Part shown: positions 12,876 to 25,679 of the stretch, one piece after another
Layout of the letters: each line of letters starts with the position of its first letter
Numbering within the stretch: position 1 is the first letter of the stretch
Origin: Eledone cirrhosa
Lineage: Eukaryota
Assembly: GCA_964016885.1 (NCBI GenBank)
Contig: OZ024743.1
Coordinates: 222,952,001 to 223,016,000 of the forward strand
DNA length: 64,000 nt
Direction of reading: 5' to 3'
Notes under the pieces: generated by a model
Database searches by the model: none
The model's input: the letters and a program-made list of their open reading frames with translations, nothing else
Told to the model about the DNA's origin: nothing
Translations under genes and position numbers: made by a program

Positions 12876-15800
12876 CAGTGGTCGCCAACCTTTCTAAAAC
12901 CGAGGAACCCTCTAAATATTTTAAATTCTTCACGGAACCTATACAATACAAAACTTTTCAAAAAAAATAATAAAGTATTTATTTATTTTAGTGTTTCATG
13001 CGTGTGTATGTAATCGAACACAATGGCTTTTCTGCTGCTGCGCCTCATCAGTGAGTTTAGAAAATCGAGGTTCAACACTAGTTAATACCAGTCTCATACA
13101 CTCGTCAATTGCTGACAGTTTATTCCTCTTCTTTGTGCAGATTTCCACCAACTGCGAAAACCCTTTTTCGCACAAATAGCTAGATGGGAATAAAGTCAAA
13201 TATTTCAATGCAAGTTGGCTGATTTCATTAAACTCCCCAATCAAGAATAAGTCGATCCATAGTTCTTTCTTTCTGCTTTCGAATATCACTTTCAGGTCTT
13301 CGTTTGAATTCAAATCCATCAACTGATGTAAACATTGAGCAGGTAGTAAATTTTTACAATTTCCAGCGTCATTTTCTGACACTAACTGCTCGATCTCGGT
13401 GAACGGGTTTTTTATCCATAAATTTCCGCTAACAATATCTTTTTCCATCAAGTCAAAATAATCTGAAAAACCTGTGGAAAGCACATTTAAATGAGAAAGA
13501 ATAATCTTCTTTAGATTGCTGGAGTCAAAATTTTCTCTCTTTTTAAGGTTTGAAAGTAATTGTCCGATTCAATTCTTTTTATAAAGATGTTTAATTTTGA
13601 TTGAAAATATGTAATAAAATTGATTGAAGTAAAAATATCTGCATTGTTACCCTGAAGACACTTATTTAGTTTGTTCAGTTCACCAAAAATGTCTACTAAA
13701 TAAGCGAGTTGCACATTCCATTCATTGGTTTCTAATACACTTGCTCTTTCATCATTGTTTTTTTAGAAAAACTATTATTTCTTCTCTCAGTTCAAAAACT
13801 CTCTTCATAGCATCCCCAAAAGACAGCCAACGCACATCATTGTTCAATAACAATCTATTATAATTACTTCCAGAAGATTCACAAATAGATTCAAACATTC
13901 TAGAATTTTTTGCTCTTGCATGGATCAAATTGATAATTTTGACAATGTCTTTCAGCTGGTCATTTAATATTTGAGCATCTCTGTCTTTGAATTTTTTTTA
14001 ACACAAAACCTCTCGATGAATCATACAATGAATTGAAATACAATTTGGCGTTTGTTCTTTAATTTTTGCAATCAAACCAGAATTTTTACCAGTCATTGCA
14101 GCTGCTCCATCTGTTGTTATTGAAGTCAACTTGCTCCAAGGTACACCATTTTTTAAAAGATACTCTTCAATTTTATTGAATATATCTTGACCTTTAGTTG
14201 TGATGTCTAATGCCAGACAAAACAAATACTCTTCTCCTAATTCTTTTTTATCAAGGTCTACAAACCGTACATAGCAAATTAATTGAGCCTTGTTATTAAT
14301 ATCCGTAGTTTCGTCCACTTGCAGTCCAAAACACGGGCTTTTCTTTAGTGCAGTTAGTATCTGATTTTCTATATAAGAAGAAATATCAATTATCCCTCTT
14401 TTTACGGTATTTGCTGACAATGGTAACTGGCTTAATTTTTCTTTGTCCTTAATACTGCAGCTTTCAAAAAGATTCTCTGTAGCAATTTTTATACTTGGCA
14501 GAATTAACTGTTCTCCTAATGTAAATGGTTTCTTGTTTTTACCAATCAAATGTGAAATGTCAAAAGATGTTCTTGTTAAAGCTTTATTTCTATCTGACTT
14601 TTTACAAAACAAGTCATACATATTAGCTTGTGATTTTTTAATGTTATTTTTCAGCGAAGTAAAGTATTCCAGTGACTTGTTTTTATCATTGGTGTGATTA
14701 GTATCAATGTGTCTTTTAAGTTTTGCAGGATTTAAACAGCTATTTGATAGAACTTTTGAACATAGCAAACACATGGGCTGATCTGGTGTATCTTTTTTAG
14801 TGTCAGCTTTTTGAAATCCATATCTAACATAGTCATCACACCACTGTCTAACCTTACTGCTGGTATCTAACTTCAGCTTCTTTGCAGTAGACATCATATC
14901 AATGTTATTTATCTACAGTTAACATTTTTAATATGACATTAATAAACAAGAGAAATTAACAGTTTTTTTTTTATTACAAAAAGTACTTAAATTAACTTTA
15001 ATTTTAGATATTTGGAAAAACTTAAATAGTTAAAAAATTTTTTTTATTTTTAAAAATTGAAATTTCTTCATTTTAGGATGGCAAACATATTATTTAAAGT
15101 CTTATAATAATATTAAAATATTAGGGGTTACTGAAAAAGGTGCACATTTATGAACAACTAGAAGACATTTTTTCAGAGTCCAGCACTTCCTGCATATACT
15201 ACTTTAGGGTCGTATTAAATATTATTGGTAATGTAAATATATTTAAATATCCGCCATACTAAAAGGTGCAAAAAATGCAAATCAGCTGATAGTGTAGATG
15301 TGACGATGGTATTGGAAATTAATTCAGATATCTTCTATCTATTTTGACTCAAAGTTAGATATAATATAAGAAGGCTTTAGGCTGCGTTAAACATATATTA
15401 GATTGGAACAAATAAAGTTTAGTCAAATGTTTATGGACATATATGTTTATTGTATAAAGTAATTTCTCAATTGTGAATTCAGATGTCATCAAATGAATAC
15501 ATAATTGTGTGGCAAAGTTTATAGTGTATGCATGGAATACAAAATTACCTTTGTTAGTAGTCAAAACTTTACAGGCGTTATATTTTCTGTGCAAAGTACA
15601 ACAGAATGTAACGTGTTCTTATTTAGAATTGTCTGTGGAACTGGATGCATGTTGAAAACGACTAGTAAGCGAGTTCACTCATTGAGGAAACTTTAGACGA
15701 CTTTAAAGCTTTTGTGAGGGCAGCAGATTAAAACGTGTTCTCTATTGAAAACATTCTACTGAACTTACGTTGTGAGAACAGCGAATTGACCCTGCCTCTT

Positions 15801-16212
15801 GGCTGAGAGACCTCGCTGAACTGAAGTTTTCAGTTTAAAGTTATGCTGTCATCGACCAACATTTACTTGTTCGTGATTGGTCAATTTCTAAGTTCAATTA
15901 ATGTATTATGAGTAGTAGTCAAATCCTCGGAATTCAGAAAACTATGTCTTTCCAAGAATTGATGTGAAATTGAAAGTATTCAATTTCCACGAATCTCAGA
16001 ACAGTGTTTTCTGCTACTGAAAGTAGTGTTTTCCACGAATTGGAGTGGGAAACCTGTGTACACTACAATAGTACTTGTTCATTTATACATTGCACCTTTG
16101 GCATTTTCTTTGCACCTTTTTCAAAAAACCCAAAATATTAATGGTAATGTAAATATTTATTTTTTTAAGGAACCCGGAGTTTGTTTTACGGAACCCATGT
16201 TGGCGACCACTG
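12876..16212 (-). mobile_element. Full-length Buster-family hAT DNA transposon
   Basis: 14-bp perfect TIRs CAGTGGTCGCCAAC; 8-bp TSD TATTAGAA (12868-12875 and 16213-16220) fitting the nnnTAnnn Buster consensus; GGAACC subterminal repeats. Confidence 0.95.
12996..14897 (-). pseudogene. Frameshifted Buster/Charlie-type (ZBED8/SCAND3-like) hAT transposase
   Basis: BED finger CLLC...KLKRHIDTNH, DETTD, TTDGAAAM, CMIHRE, VRWLS, LAYLVDIF and FPSSYLCEKGFS, spread over several frames. Confidence 0.92.
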
Positions 16213-16461
16213 TATTAGAAGACAGTTTTTTTAAAAAGCGCACATGATTATACAATGTGTGACATACATAAATATTCAAGATTTAAAAAGACACAGATAC
16301 AATTACATAGGTACACATATAGATCCATACACACATATAGGTAGATATACACAGACACATATATAACAGTCTCTATATAGCAAGCAATCTGATTGTTATC
16401 AATGACATATTTATTAAGAGTATTCTGTCAGTATTGTTAACTTATCAGAAATAATTATTAT

Positions 16462-16832
16462 GGGAGTTAGGCCACTGACTGTGAGGGAGGTTCTTATCTT
16501 CACTGGCGGCTCGCCTAACAGAGGTAACTGGTGATGCTCGTGGAGGTGCTTGGCTGTTCCAGCACATCAGCCTCGCCATTATCCGAGGTATCGCTGCGAG
16601 CGTGCTGGCTTGCTTCAAACATTATTAGAGAGGTTTCCCAGTGCTCCTCGCCATATTATCTTTTGCTCTGGTAGCAGTTCGTTTCTCCACCCCTTTCGCC
16701 TGCCTTTTGTTGTATGTAGCCCTAGATGTGTGTATTACCAGCTCGTGTGGGTTTTTTCCTTTCTCTTTTCTTTCTTTTTTTCTCTCTTTCTATTTGTAAT
16801 ATTATGTTGACGGTTATGCCGTAATAAAATTC
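16462..16832 (+). mobile_element. CRE-clade retrotransposon 3' fragment
   Basis: GGRLTEVTGDARGGAWLFQHISLAIIRGIAASVLAC, then a pyrimidine-rich UTR and AATAAA. Confidence 0.7.
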
Positions 16833-16849
16833 TTATAAATTTTTTACAG

Positions 16850-17050
16850 CTGTTTTTCCACTCTTGTATTGGGTTGGACGGTCTTTTCCAGTACAGCTGC
16901 CTCTATATGGTACCTTCCTCCATTATGTCTTCTGTGAGATCAAACGTTTTGAGATCTGCTCTCACTTCTCCTGCCCAAACCTTCCTTGGTTTTCCTCTAT
17001 TGCAGTTTCCTTCCATTAGGAACACCTGATACGTCATCATCCATACCTAT
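16850..17050 (-). mobile_element. RTE LINE 3' remnant
   Basis: Minus strand EGNCNRGKPRKVWAGEVRADLK, as at the 3' end of the 43178 element. Confidence 0.6.
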
Positions 17051-17599
17051 CTTGTTGTTATTGGTGGTATGATCTTGAATCAGGTTTAATAGGTTAGTTT
17101 TGCGTTCTGTACGTTTGTTCCATTCTGTACGTTTGCCTTTACGTGAACATGTCGCGTTTTGACTCATTTACGAGTTTCAGTTGGGAATATTGCAAATTTT
17201 GCCTTTGTAATATATTGCTCCAAAAAATAAGCAACTTCTTAAGTCATGAAAAATATGAAAAACACCAGATGAACATTCCATATCACAAGCCTGTTGACTC
17301 TCCCGGTCTGACGGGCACTTTTTTTCATGGTACTCACTGTTTGGGTGTTTAGAGATTGGCAGGTCTGATATCATAACGTTAAAATCAAGACTAAAAATTG
17401 TTGCAGGTCACTGCAGTAGATTAAGTTGGCAGTGTGTAGTGCACAGATTGTTGGGATAACATCTAAAAAGATTAAGTTACATTTTGTTCTTGGTTTTGGT
17501 TTAAGTATAGTTACAAGTGAAAATATAATAATTGAAATGAAAACAAACACCTTGAATATACAGAATCTCAGATTGTCATGAAAAATCATTGACATTATA

Positions 17600-18470
17600 T
17601 AAAAATTATTGAACAGTATCTAAACAAAACACTATTAAAGGGAACAAAAGAGAAAGGGGGAAAAGGAAATGAAAAGAAAAAAAGGGATCAAGCAACGAAA
17701 GGAAAAAAAGAGAGGAAGGGAAGGACAGGCATTACACCCCAGTCAGGGAGGTTTAGTGTTCTGCCAGACCCAGGGTTATTTATTCGAGTAAATGTCACCG
17801 GAATCTAACTACTAAATTTTATACAGAAAAGGATAAGATATTTTACATAACACCATATCGAATACAAGTCTTCATTTTTATTGTAGATCCATGTTATAAT
17901 TGTTGTACACAAATATTCTCGTACATAATTAGGTATAGTCTAGATCCATGATAGGTGGTTAGAGAAAAGTTAACATGTTTGTCTTCAGTGTTGTCGGTTC
18001 GAAGGAAGGCGCCAAAAGAGAGAGAGCTTGGCTGCGTTGCCGCTATTTATATCCTCTTTCCGGAAGTTGCAAAGAGGGTTCTAGATTTTCGACGGGAAGT
18101 AACTCTAGCTACTTCTCTGTCTCGAGAGCGCTACAGAGGTGCCTCAGCCATGCCCTGCGGACAAAATTGCAAAGGCGTCACCATGGAGAATGGCCAGAGA
18201 TACCCGCTGCAACAGCCACCCCACCTCACGGGGCTCCCTCATCAAGTGGGCCGCCATCTTTCCAACATTACGGAGGGAATCAACAATGCGGGGACTAAGA
18301 ACACCAAAGGTTTCAACGGAGACCAGTAAAAAAAAAAGGAAATGGTCGGCCAGGCCCTGGCATTTAACTATCTTTCTCTCCTCTGCATTGCGGACAGCGG
18401 AGCCTGGTTTTGTGACCGAAACGACCAGACAGGAGGCGGCGAACGAGACTCTTTACGTTGTGTCCAAAAT
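17600..18470 (-). mobile_element. CRE-clade retrotransposon 3' portion (restriction-like endonuclease C-terminus plus 3' UTR)
   Basis: Minus strand DSFAASC...GSAVRNAEERK...VSVETFGVLSP...REPREVGWLLQRVSLAILHGDAFAILS*. UTR similarity with about 31680-31870; coding-end similarity with about 34700-35000. Confidence 0.75.
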
Positions 18471-19515
18471 TGGGGGACCCCCCCCCCCTCTCACTTCTCT
18501 CAACAACACAAAGTAACAATGAATGACAAATACATTTGAACTGCATGCAAAAATGAGGACATGTCTTTTAGCTTAAACCGAGGACTGGATTAACCATTAA
18601 GCAAAATAAACATGTTTAGATGATCAAAGGAAGAGAGAGACTATTTTATTCAAATAAAACATATTTCTAAATTTAAAAAGATTTTATACATGATGATTAT
18701 ATGAATATAATTTTTTAAGTGCTTAGGGCTTCAAAATGACTTAATCTGGCCCTGCACTAACCACACAGTGTTGTTGCATCCCACCATTTGGTAAATTTGT
18801 CAAGAAAATGGTCAAAATTTTAATAGTGCGCATTATGCACTTTTGAGTATATCAAGAAACTTAATATCTTGATTACTTTTGGTGACCTACTAACTACTGA
18901 AAAAAATACATATCTGAATAAATTTGTTGTTTGTTTGGGAGCAATGAACTGGGCCTAATTCATTACTTCTTGTGAAATGACAGCATGTTTCGATGATGAA
19001 TGTTTCAATTATATAATCAACGGAACAACCTGATTATGAAATTAACGTGCAAATGACTGAGCATTCCATATATATGTGTGCCCTTAACCAGACCTGCCAA
19101 CCTCTAAAAACCCAAATGGGGAGTGCCATGATAAAAAGTGCCCTAAAACGGGGAGAAATGAGGCAAAATAGGGAGATTTACATAATGAAAGCCATACCCA
19201 TTTTTACAAGAGAAGACATCTCTGACACACCCCAAAGTGGTGGTGGTGATGGAGGGAGCTCCTCGCCGGACGGGAAGAGGCAACAGGTCTGCCTTAACGT
19301 AATTCTTAGGGAGAATCAGCGAGACACAGTTTGTGACAAAGCTTGCCGCAATGGTTTCAGACCTGTCCGCGCCTTGAACTTTGGGTGATACCTAAAGGTT
19401 AAATTCTAGGTCAACACCCTTTTGGTGTAGACAGGTTGATGCGTTGGCTATCCCCTCAAGGTGGGGAGACAGGAAGCGATAGGTATATAAGGCCTATATT
19501 TTCCCACTTTACACA

Positions 19516-19745
19516 TAGAGACATCGGAGCGATAGGATACACAACTAACTATGTAAAGATTAACCGCTAACTTCAGACCCCAGAGGTCTACAGAAAAGCC
19601 AGAGACATCGGAGCATTACGCTAGCAACTAACTATGTAAGGATTCACCACTATCAACAGACCCCCATGGGGTCTACAGATACAGACACAGAGATTGGAGC
19701 CCTACTACTACAGACCATGTACAAGCCACAGTGGTCTACCACCAA
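19516..19745. repeat. Tandem repeat of about 85 bp, about 2.5 copies
   Basis: AGAGACATCGGAGC...CAACTAACTATGTAA...CAGACCCC...GGTCTACAGA units near 19517, 19601 and (partial) 19689. Confidence 0.75.
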
Positions 19746-20818
19746 TTCAGAGATATACAAACCATCTCTCTCTCTCTCTCTTACTAACTACGGTCTCACA
19801 ACTACTACCACGGACTCCTGTCGCTCGCTGTTTTCACTCCAACAACAACAACAGACTACAACAGCCTCACATCAGCAGCAATAACTACACTAACAACTCT
19901 TGGAAACTGTTTATATGTACTTTTCAATTGATTCACGTGAAGTAAACTATATATAACCAAACCATTTATTCTTTATATTCTCGTTATTACACCCATTCTT
20001 ATTATTATTGTTATTTCATCTAATAACCGTGTTAATCCATTTAACAATATCTTATAATACCTTTCGTTAAAGACCGAGGACCTACCGGCAGGAGACTCAT
20101 GGGTAGACCCCACGGAAGGTGGTTGCATAACATCAATGAGCTCGGCTGGTCTCACTTGGTGATTCAGCCAGATGAATTGGAGACAATTGCTTCTGACATG
20201 ACCCACTGGAAGGCATACTCGAGTACTCTGTCCCCACGACTCTCCCAGGAATAAGTGGATGAAGAAGAAGAGCTATGTTGTGTCCACTGGTGGAATGTTT
20301 AAATGAAAGTTAACCCACCAAAACTGAGCTAACAAAGAGAATCCTTATTATGTAATTCACTCAACTTGATTAAATCCCTCTTAAACAACATAGACTTTAA
20401 AAAACAAGGACATATGGATTTTTTTTTCTTTTTAACAAACAATGTCAAATTTCTGAAAATAAATAAATAAATAAAATGGTTGGGATATACGTAACCAGCA
20501 TACAGAATAACATCTCTTCTGTGTAAAAATTTACAAAAGCAACCGGACGGATATCTTAAATCTTTGTCAGACGGATATCTTAAATAAAATAAACATAGAT
20601 TCAATTTGCCAAAGCAAAAATACGAAACAAAAAACAAAAAAGAAAGAAGATAGTCACAGCAACAACAAGCCGATTATATTGAAGTGAAAGTAAAGATTAA
20701 AGTGAATAAAAAAAAGAAAGAGAAGAAAACGAAAGCAAAAGCGAAGATATGTAGTTTAAAGCAAATATAAAATTTATACACGGAAAAAATATGTAATGTG
20801 TGAGTTGTTGTGAGTATG

Positions 20819-20865
<47 letters not shown>

Positions 20866-20930
20866 ATTATTATTATTATTATGTTTTTTTTCTCGTGCAA
20901 TTGCCATACTCGTTAATGAGGGGGAAGTCA

Positions 20931-21016
<86 letters not shown>

Positions 21017-21017
<1 letters not shown>

Positions 21018-21204
21018 ACGAAGGAAATGTGGTAAGGAACCAGATGGACCATAACGCACCAAAGTACTCAATACTTAGGGTGGTAGAGTGGGTAATAGGA
21101 ACAAGTATGACCCGACGGCTGAGCTCAAGCCGTTTCGACGGCTAATTCAGTCCAGAATTAGCCTTCGAAGCGGCTTGAGCTCTGCCGTCGAGGTAATACT
21201 TGTT

Positions 21205-21209
<5 letters not shown>
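21017..21209 (-). mobile_element. Short palindromic element in (TA)n, probably Penelope pLTR-derived; second copy at 23673-28328 is split by a LINE
   Basis: 115-bp imperfect palindrome 21095-21209; the first about 130 bp are nearly identical to 23673-23805. Confidence 0.7.
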
Positions 21210-21274
<65 letters not shown>

Positions 21275-21348
21275 AAGGTTTTATTTAAAATTGTTGGGTT
21301 ACAACAAGTAAATATTTTATAACTGATATAAAGCACTCGACGATATTA

Positions 21349-21505
21349 ATATGGTATCCCTGAAATATGTATAATGAAATAAATATGGTTTTATAAATAT
21401 AGTTTCCATTTGTTTAATATCGTATCCCTGAAATATGGTATCCCTGAAATATGTATGATGAAATAAATATGGTTTTATAAATATAGTTTCCATTTGTTTA
21501 ATATC

Positions 21506-21508
<3 letters not shown>
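21349..21508. repeat. Tandem duplication of about 80 bp inside a short (TA)n-embedded element
   Basis: ATATGGTATCCCTGAAATATGTAT...TTTAATATCGTAT present twice. Confidence 0.8.
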
Positions 21509-21597
<89 letters not shown>

Positions 21598-21599
<2 letters not shown>

Positions 21600-22982
21600 G
21601 GAGATGAGTTTTATTGTAGTACAATAAAGCAATGCAGATATCGGATAAGAAGCACTCTACAGTTTGTAGGACAATTCCTTCACTTATTTTGGCTCCACTT
21701 CCACCTCCTTTAAAGCTCGTCTTTATAACCATCATTCGTCTTTTAAATACAAACTTAAAAGAACCAACACGGCTCTCTCAGAACTCATATGGTCCTTGAA
21801 AGACAAAAATATTAAATATAGCATCTTTTGGAAGAAGGTTTCTTCTGCGTCTCCACACTTGAACAGTTCTCTATCCAAGATTTGCAATCTCTGTCTAAAT
21901 GAAAAATTTACCATTATATCTAATTTAGATTCTATAATAAATAGACGCACTGACTTGTTTTCTATCTGCTTGCATACATTCCACAAAACATTCCACAAAG
22001 TATATAGCTAATATCCAAAACTTTATCAATTTAGAATCTTTTTCTCAAAGGCACATATATATATACTTCTTTAAAAATATACCCATCTTTCTACCTTATT
22101 TCAAAGTTATTTATTATACATTATATAATACTTGTTACTCATTCTATATCACTCATATTTATCACTTCCCTTTCTTCTCTTTTTCTTTTAATGTCTAACC
22201 CCTAATCTGTACCTTTTCTCACTGTTGCCTAACATAGAAACAATTATTACATAATACAATACATTCTTACTCTATATCACCTTGTAAAAATCCTTCGTAA
22301 ACATAAACATTTTTTTGACGTTAGATTATTCATCCTCAATTCATTATTTTTTTCTCCCTTTCATCTAACTTATTCATGCTCATCTCACAACATATCCTTA
22401 CTTTAATAATACATATCAACATTTTCTTTCCATCGCACATATTATTAAACCCTTAAATATTATTCTTAATACATATTAACATTTTCTTTTCATCGCACAT
22501 ATTATTAAACCCTTCAATATACAAATCTTAACTTTACATTATTTTTCTCTTCGTTAATTTTCAAATTCTTTTAATTTATACATTATCTTCCAACGGTTTT
22601 CAACCTCTCTATGTAAAACAATATATTTTTCTCAGTTATAAAAGCTATCTCTCTCTCTCTCTCTCTCTATCACCCATCTCTCCTCCTATCTCATCCTTCC
22701 TCATTATACTCCTCCTTCTCCACTTTTTACTCTCATCTTCTCCTCTCTTTCATCCTTTCCACCACCTCCTCAAAATAAAATATTTTTCCCAATATCACAC
22801 ATCAATCTAAAACTACTTTTCATATGTTGATTTAAAACTGCACTATCCACAAGTGTTTTTTTAACCTTCATATCATGTCTTCCTGTTTTATCTGATGAAA
22901 ACACAAATATTATTGCATGATGATATTTGTTTTTGAAATGCGCATAATAAAATACATGGAACTCTTTTAACCATCTTTTGTT

Positions 22983-22986
<4 letters not shown>
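21598..22986 (+). mobile_element. 5'-truncated Penelope-like retroelement (GIY-YIG endonuclease C-terminus, AT-rich UTR, hammerhead)
   Basis: 21679-22011 encodes YFGSTSTSFKARLYNHHSSF...TALSELIWSLK...CNLCLNEK...INRRTDLFSICLH; (TA)n on both flanks; hammerhead near the 3' end. Confidence 0.85.
22884..22954 (+). ncRNA. Type I hammerhead ribozyme with minimal palindromic stem III
   Basis: TGTTTTAT-CTGATGA(22892-98)-AAACACAAATAT/ATATTTGTTTTT-GAAA(22935-38)-TGCGCA-TA-ATAAAATA; all core nucleotides present. Confidence 0.85.
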
Positions 22987-23022
<36 letters not shown>

Positions 23023-23204
23023 TGGACTTGTGAAATACCAAACCCAGCATGAATTCATTGAAGTGTGTCGGACGGAGAGTAGCTGATGGACAGTATGGCA
23101 GCAACTATTGGCGTAGAAAAACAACAGCCAACAGCAGGACAAGCGAGGAAGATGTTTTTTGAAGCTAACACCCCTGTGAGAAAATTTGTTCCGAAATTAT
23201 TGCC

Positions 23205-23294
23205 TGTGTCCGACGAACCTGCAGTTCTAGAATCAGGCAGATCCATACAATGATCGTGTCTCGAGCTGTCTGCCGACGAAACAACTGTAACACA
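23205..23294 (+). ncRNA. Variant or degenerate type I hammerhead (U4C core)
   Basis: TGTGT-CCGACGA...GGCAGA/TCTGCC...C-GAAA-CAACTG-TA-ACACA; stem II is offset from the core by about 15 extra nt. Confidence 0.5.
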
Positions 23295-23410
23295 CAATAA
23301 ATCAGATGCATCACTGATTTTTCGTTTTATATTATATCACACTCTGCTCTGTAAGAACATAGAGTGCTCAACTGGCATACCGCCTATGGAAGCATCATAG
23401 CTACCATTAA

Positions 23411-23533
<123 letters not shown>

Positions 23534-23634
23534 GATGGGATTGTCCATCTTTCCATTGTTTTTTCCTTACTGTTTTTGCCCTGTGCGCTCCCTTTACTAT
23601 AGCGTAGTGGTGAGGCTTGTTACAACAACAAACC

Positions 23635-23674
<40 letters not shown>

Positions 23675-24351
23675 CGAAGGAAATGTGGTAAGGAACCAGA
23701 TGGACCATAACGCACCAAAGTACTCAATACTTAGGGTAGTAGAATGGGTAATAGGAACAAGTAGGACCCCGACGGCTGAGCTCAAGCCGTTTCGACGGCT
23801 AATTCTGGACTAATCCTGAATTACCCGTCATACATCCCTTAGGGATCGCAGTAAGTACTTCACAAAATCTATAAACAACAAAAAACACACAAATCTATAT
23901 ACAGATACATACCACACACATATACACACAAGTAAAAAGAAACCACACTATTTCGTGTGAGACACTATACCGGCCAATCTTACGTACATTTGTAAAATAT
24001 TTCTGAACATTGACTTCGCTTCTAACCCACATACACCTTTTAATTATATTTATATATATAATTATATATTCGTGTGCAGATCTTGTTGCATACACACACA
24101 CATAATACATAGGAAAGCAGAAACAGAAATACAAAAACAAAACATAACAAACATTTATCCCGTTAACTTACGCAGCATATTTATTTGTTTACATGCGCAC
24201 TCTTTTGTACACACACACACACACAACATTTAGGAAAACGGAAACAAAATACACAAAGAAAAACAAAACAAAAAACAGACATTTTATTTTTATTTCTATC
24301 GTAATCAAGTGCGCCAAACCTATATTGTTTACATTCTGTGTTTTTCTACGG

Positions 24352-24937
24352 ATGGGTAGAAATAACAAAATTGCCATGGTGATATCCATGGATGAAGTAT
24401 GCGACAAAACTGGTCGATGTTCCAAAATAGAACACTGCCCAGAAAATCACACCTGCCATATTTGTACGGAACCCGAGAACTCGTTCCGTAATCGCTGGGT
24501 CGAATGTGGAACCTGTCGCATCTCTGTCTGCCTTCAATGCGCCACAGACTTCCGGAGAATCCCAGGCCAAAAAAAGAGACATCATAATGCTATGATGGAT
24601 GGAATCTGGGAGATGGTCCAGCTAAAATCCTGGTCCTTTCAGTGGCTGGCCTGTGTGCCTGCCTCCACCAATGTTATTGAAAAAAAAACAAAAAAAAACG
24701 ATGACTGTATCTTCCTCTACCATTGTTACTGAACAACGGCAAAAACCTATGACACTGGCTTCTGCTACTATTCCTGTGGGAGAACATCAGAAACAACAAC
24801 AACCCATGTCTTCCGCTCCCAGTACATCTCGATACCAACAACCGACGACTGTGTCTTCTCCTACCATTCCCGTGGAGGAACATCATCACCACCACCACCA
24901 CCACCACCACCACCACCACCACCACCACCAACAACAA

Positions 24938-24985
<48 letters not shown>

Positions 24986-25623
24986 CAACAACAACAACAA
25001 CAACCGACCAGTACAGATTTTGCAGAATTGCAACTAATGATTTCTGCTTTAAGAAGGGAAGTAACAGGAATAAAGGCAAGCATTGAGGGGTTTTATCGGA
25101 ATGCCTTGCTAAAGAATCTCCCTGTACCTCTTGCCGTTTCTGGGCACACTGAGAAGACTGCGGAATCTGCTACCCATGAAGTAATTGCCATTGGGGTACC
25201 AGAGGACAAGGCTGATCTTCAGGCATTTGCTGCCAGCTCAGCCAAAGACCTAGGCTGTGTTCCCCCAAAGGGTGCTCTCCGCCTTGGTCGACCTGGTCCA
25301 AAACCCAGACTCATCAGGCTGTCTTTTTCGGACCCCGCTGAGGCAATTTCATATCATCTGGCCTCTGTTAAAGCTGGGCGTGAAAATCGGATTACCTTCC
25401 GAACACGCCCAGGCCTACCACCCCATGTACGTCCAAAGCTACGTGCTGCAGCTTCCTTGAATCGGAACTCAGCACAACATGAAAGTTTTAGTCTGCGTGA
25501 TGATGGGCAGATCTGGAGGTTTGTTAAGGCTGGTGAAACGTGAAAGAGAGATACCAGCTGGTCTGAGTGTGCTCTACCCATAATACCTGGCAATGAAAAA
25601 ACTGCAACAACTCTGGGAAACTA
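24352..25623 (+). pseudogene. LINE ORF1 with PHD-like finger, polyHis/polyGln tract and RRM-like region; frameshifted
   Basis: CHIC...WVECGTCRISVCLQCA; (CAC)n/(CAG/CAA)n; VIAIGVPED...LRLGRPGPKPRLIRLSF. Confidence 0.75.
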
Positions 25624-25679
25624 AACCAGAACAACCTGCCACCCTCTACACACTATCATAAACTGCGAGCAGGGTACAA

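Noticed and set aside
12996-14897. Domesticated ZBED8/SCAND3 gene (likewise PGBD4 at 57957-59644)
   Set aside because: Frameshifted and bounded by TIRs and TSDs, so transposon copies.
20674-21735. Numerous YIYI/HTHT/CVCV ORFs here and elsewhere
   Set aside because: Translations of (TA)n, (CA)n and (GA)n microsatellites.
24653-25543. Host polyQ/polyH protein gene
   Set aside because: Intronless, directly upstream of APE-RT, and carries LINE ORF1 motifs.
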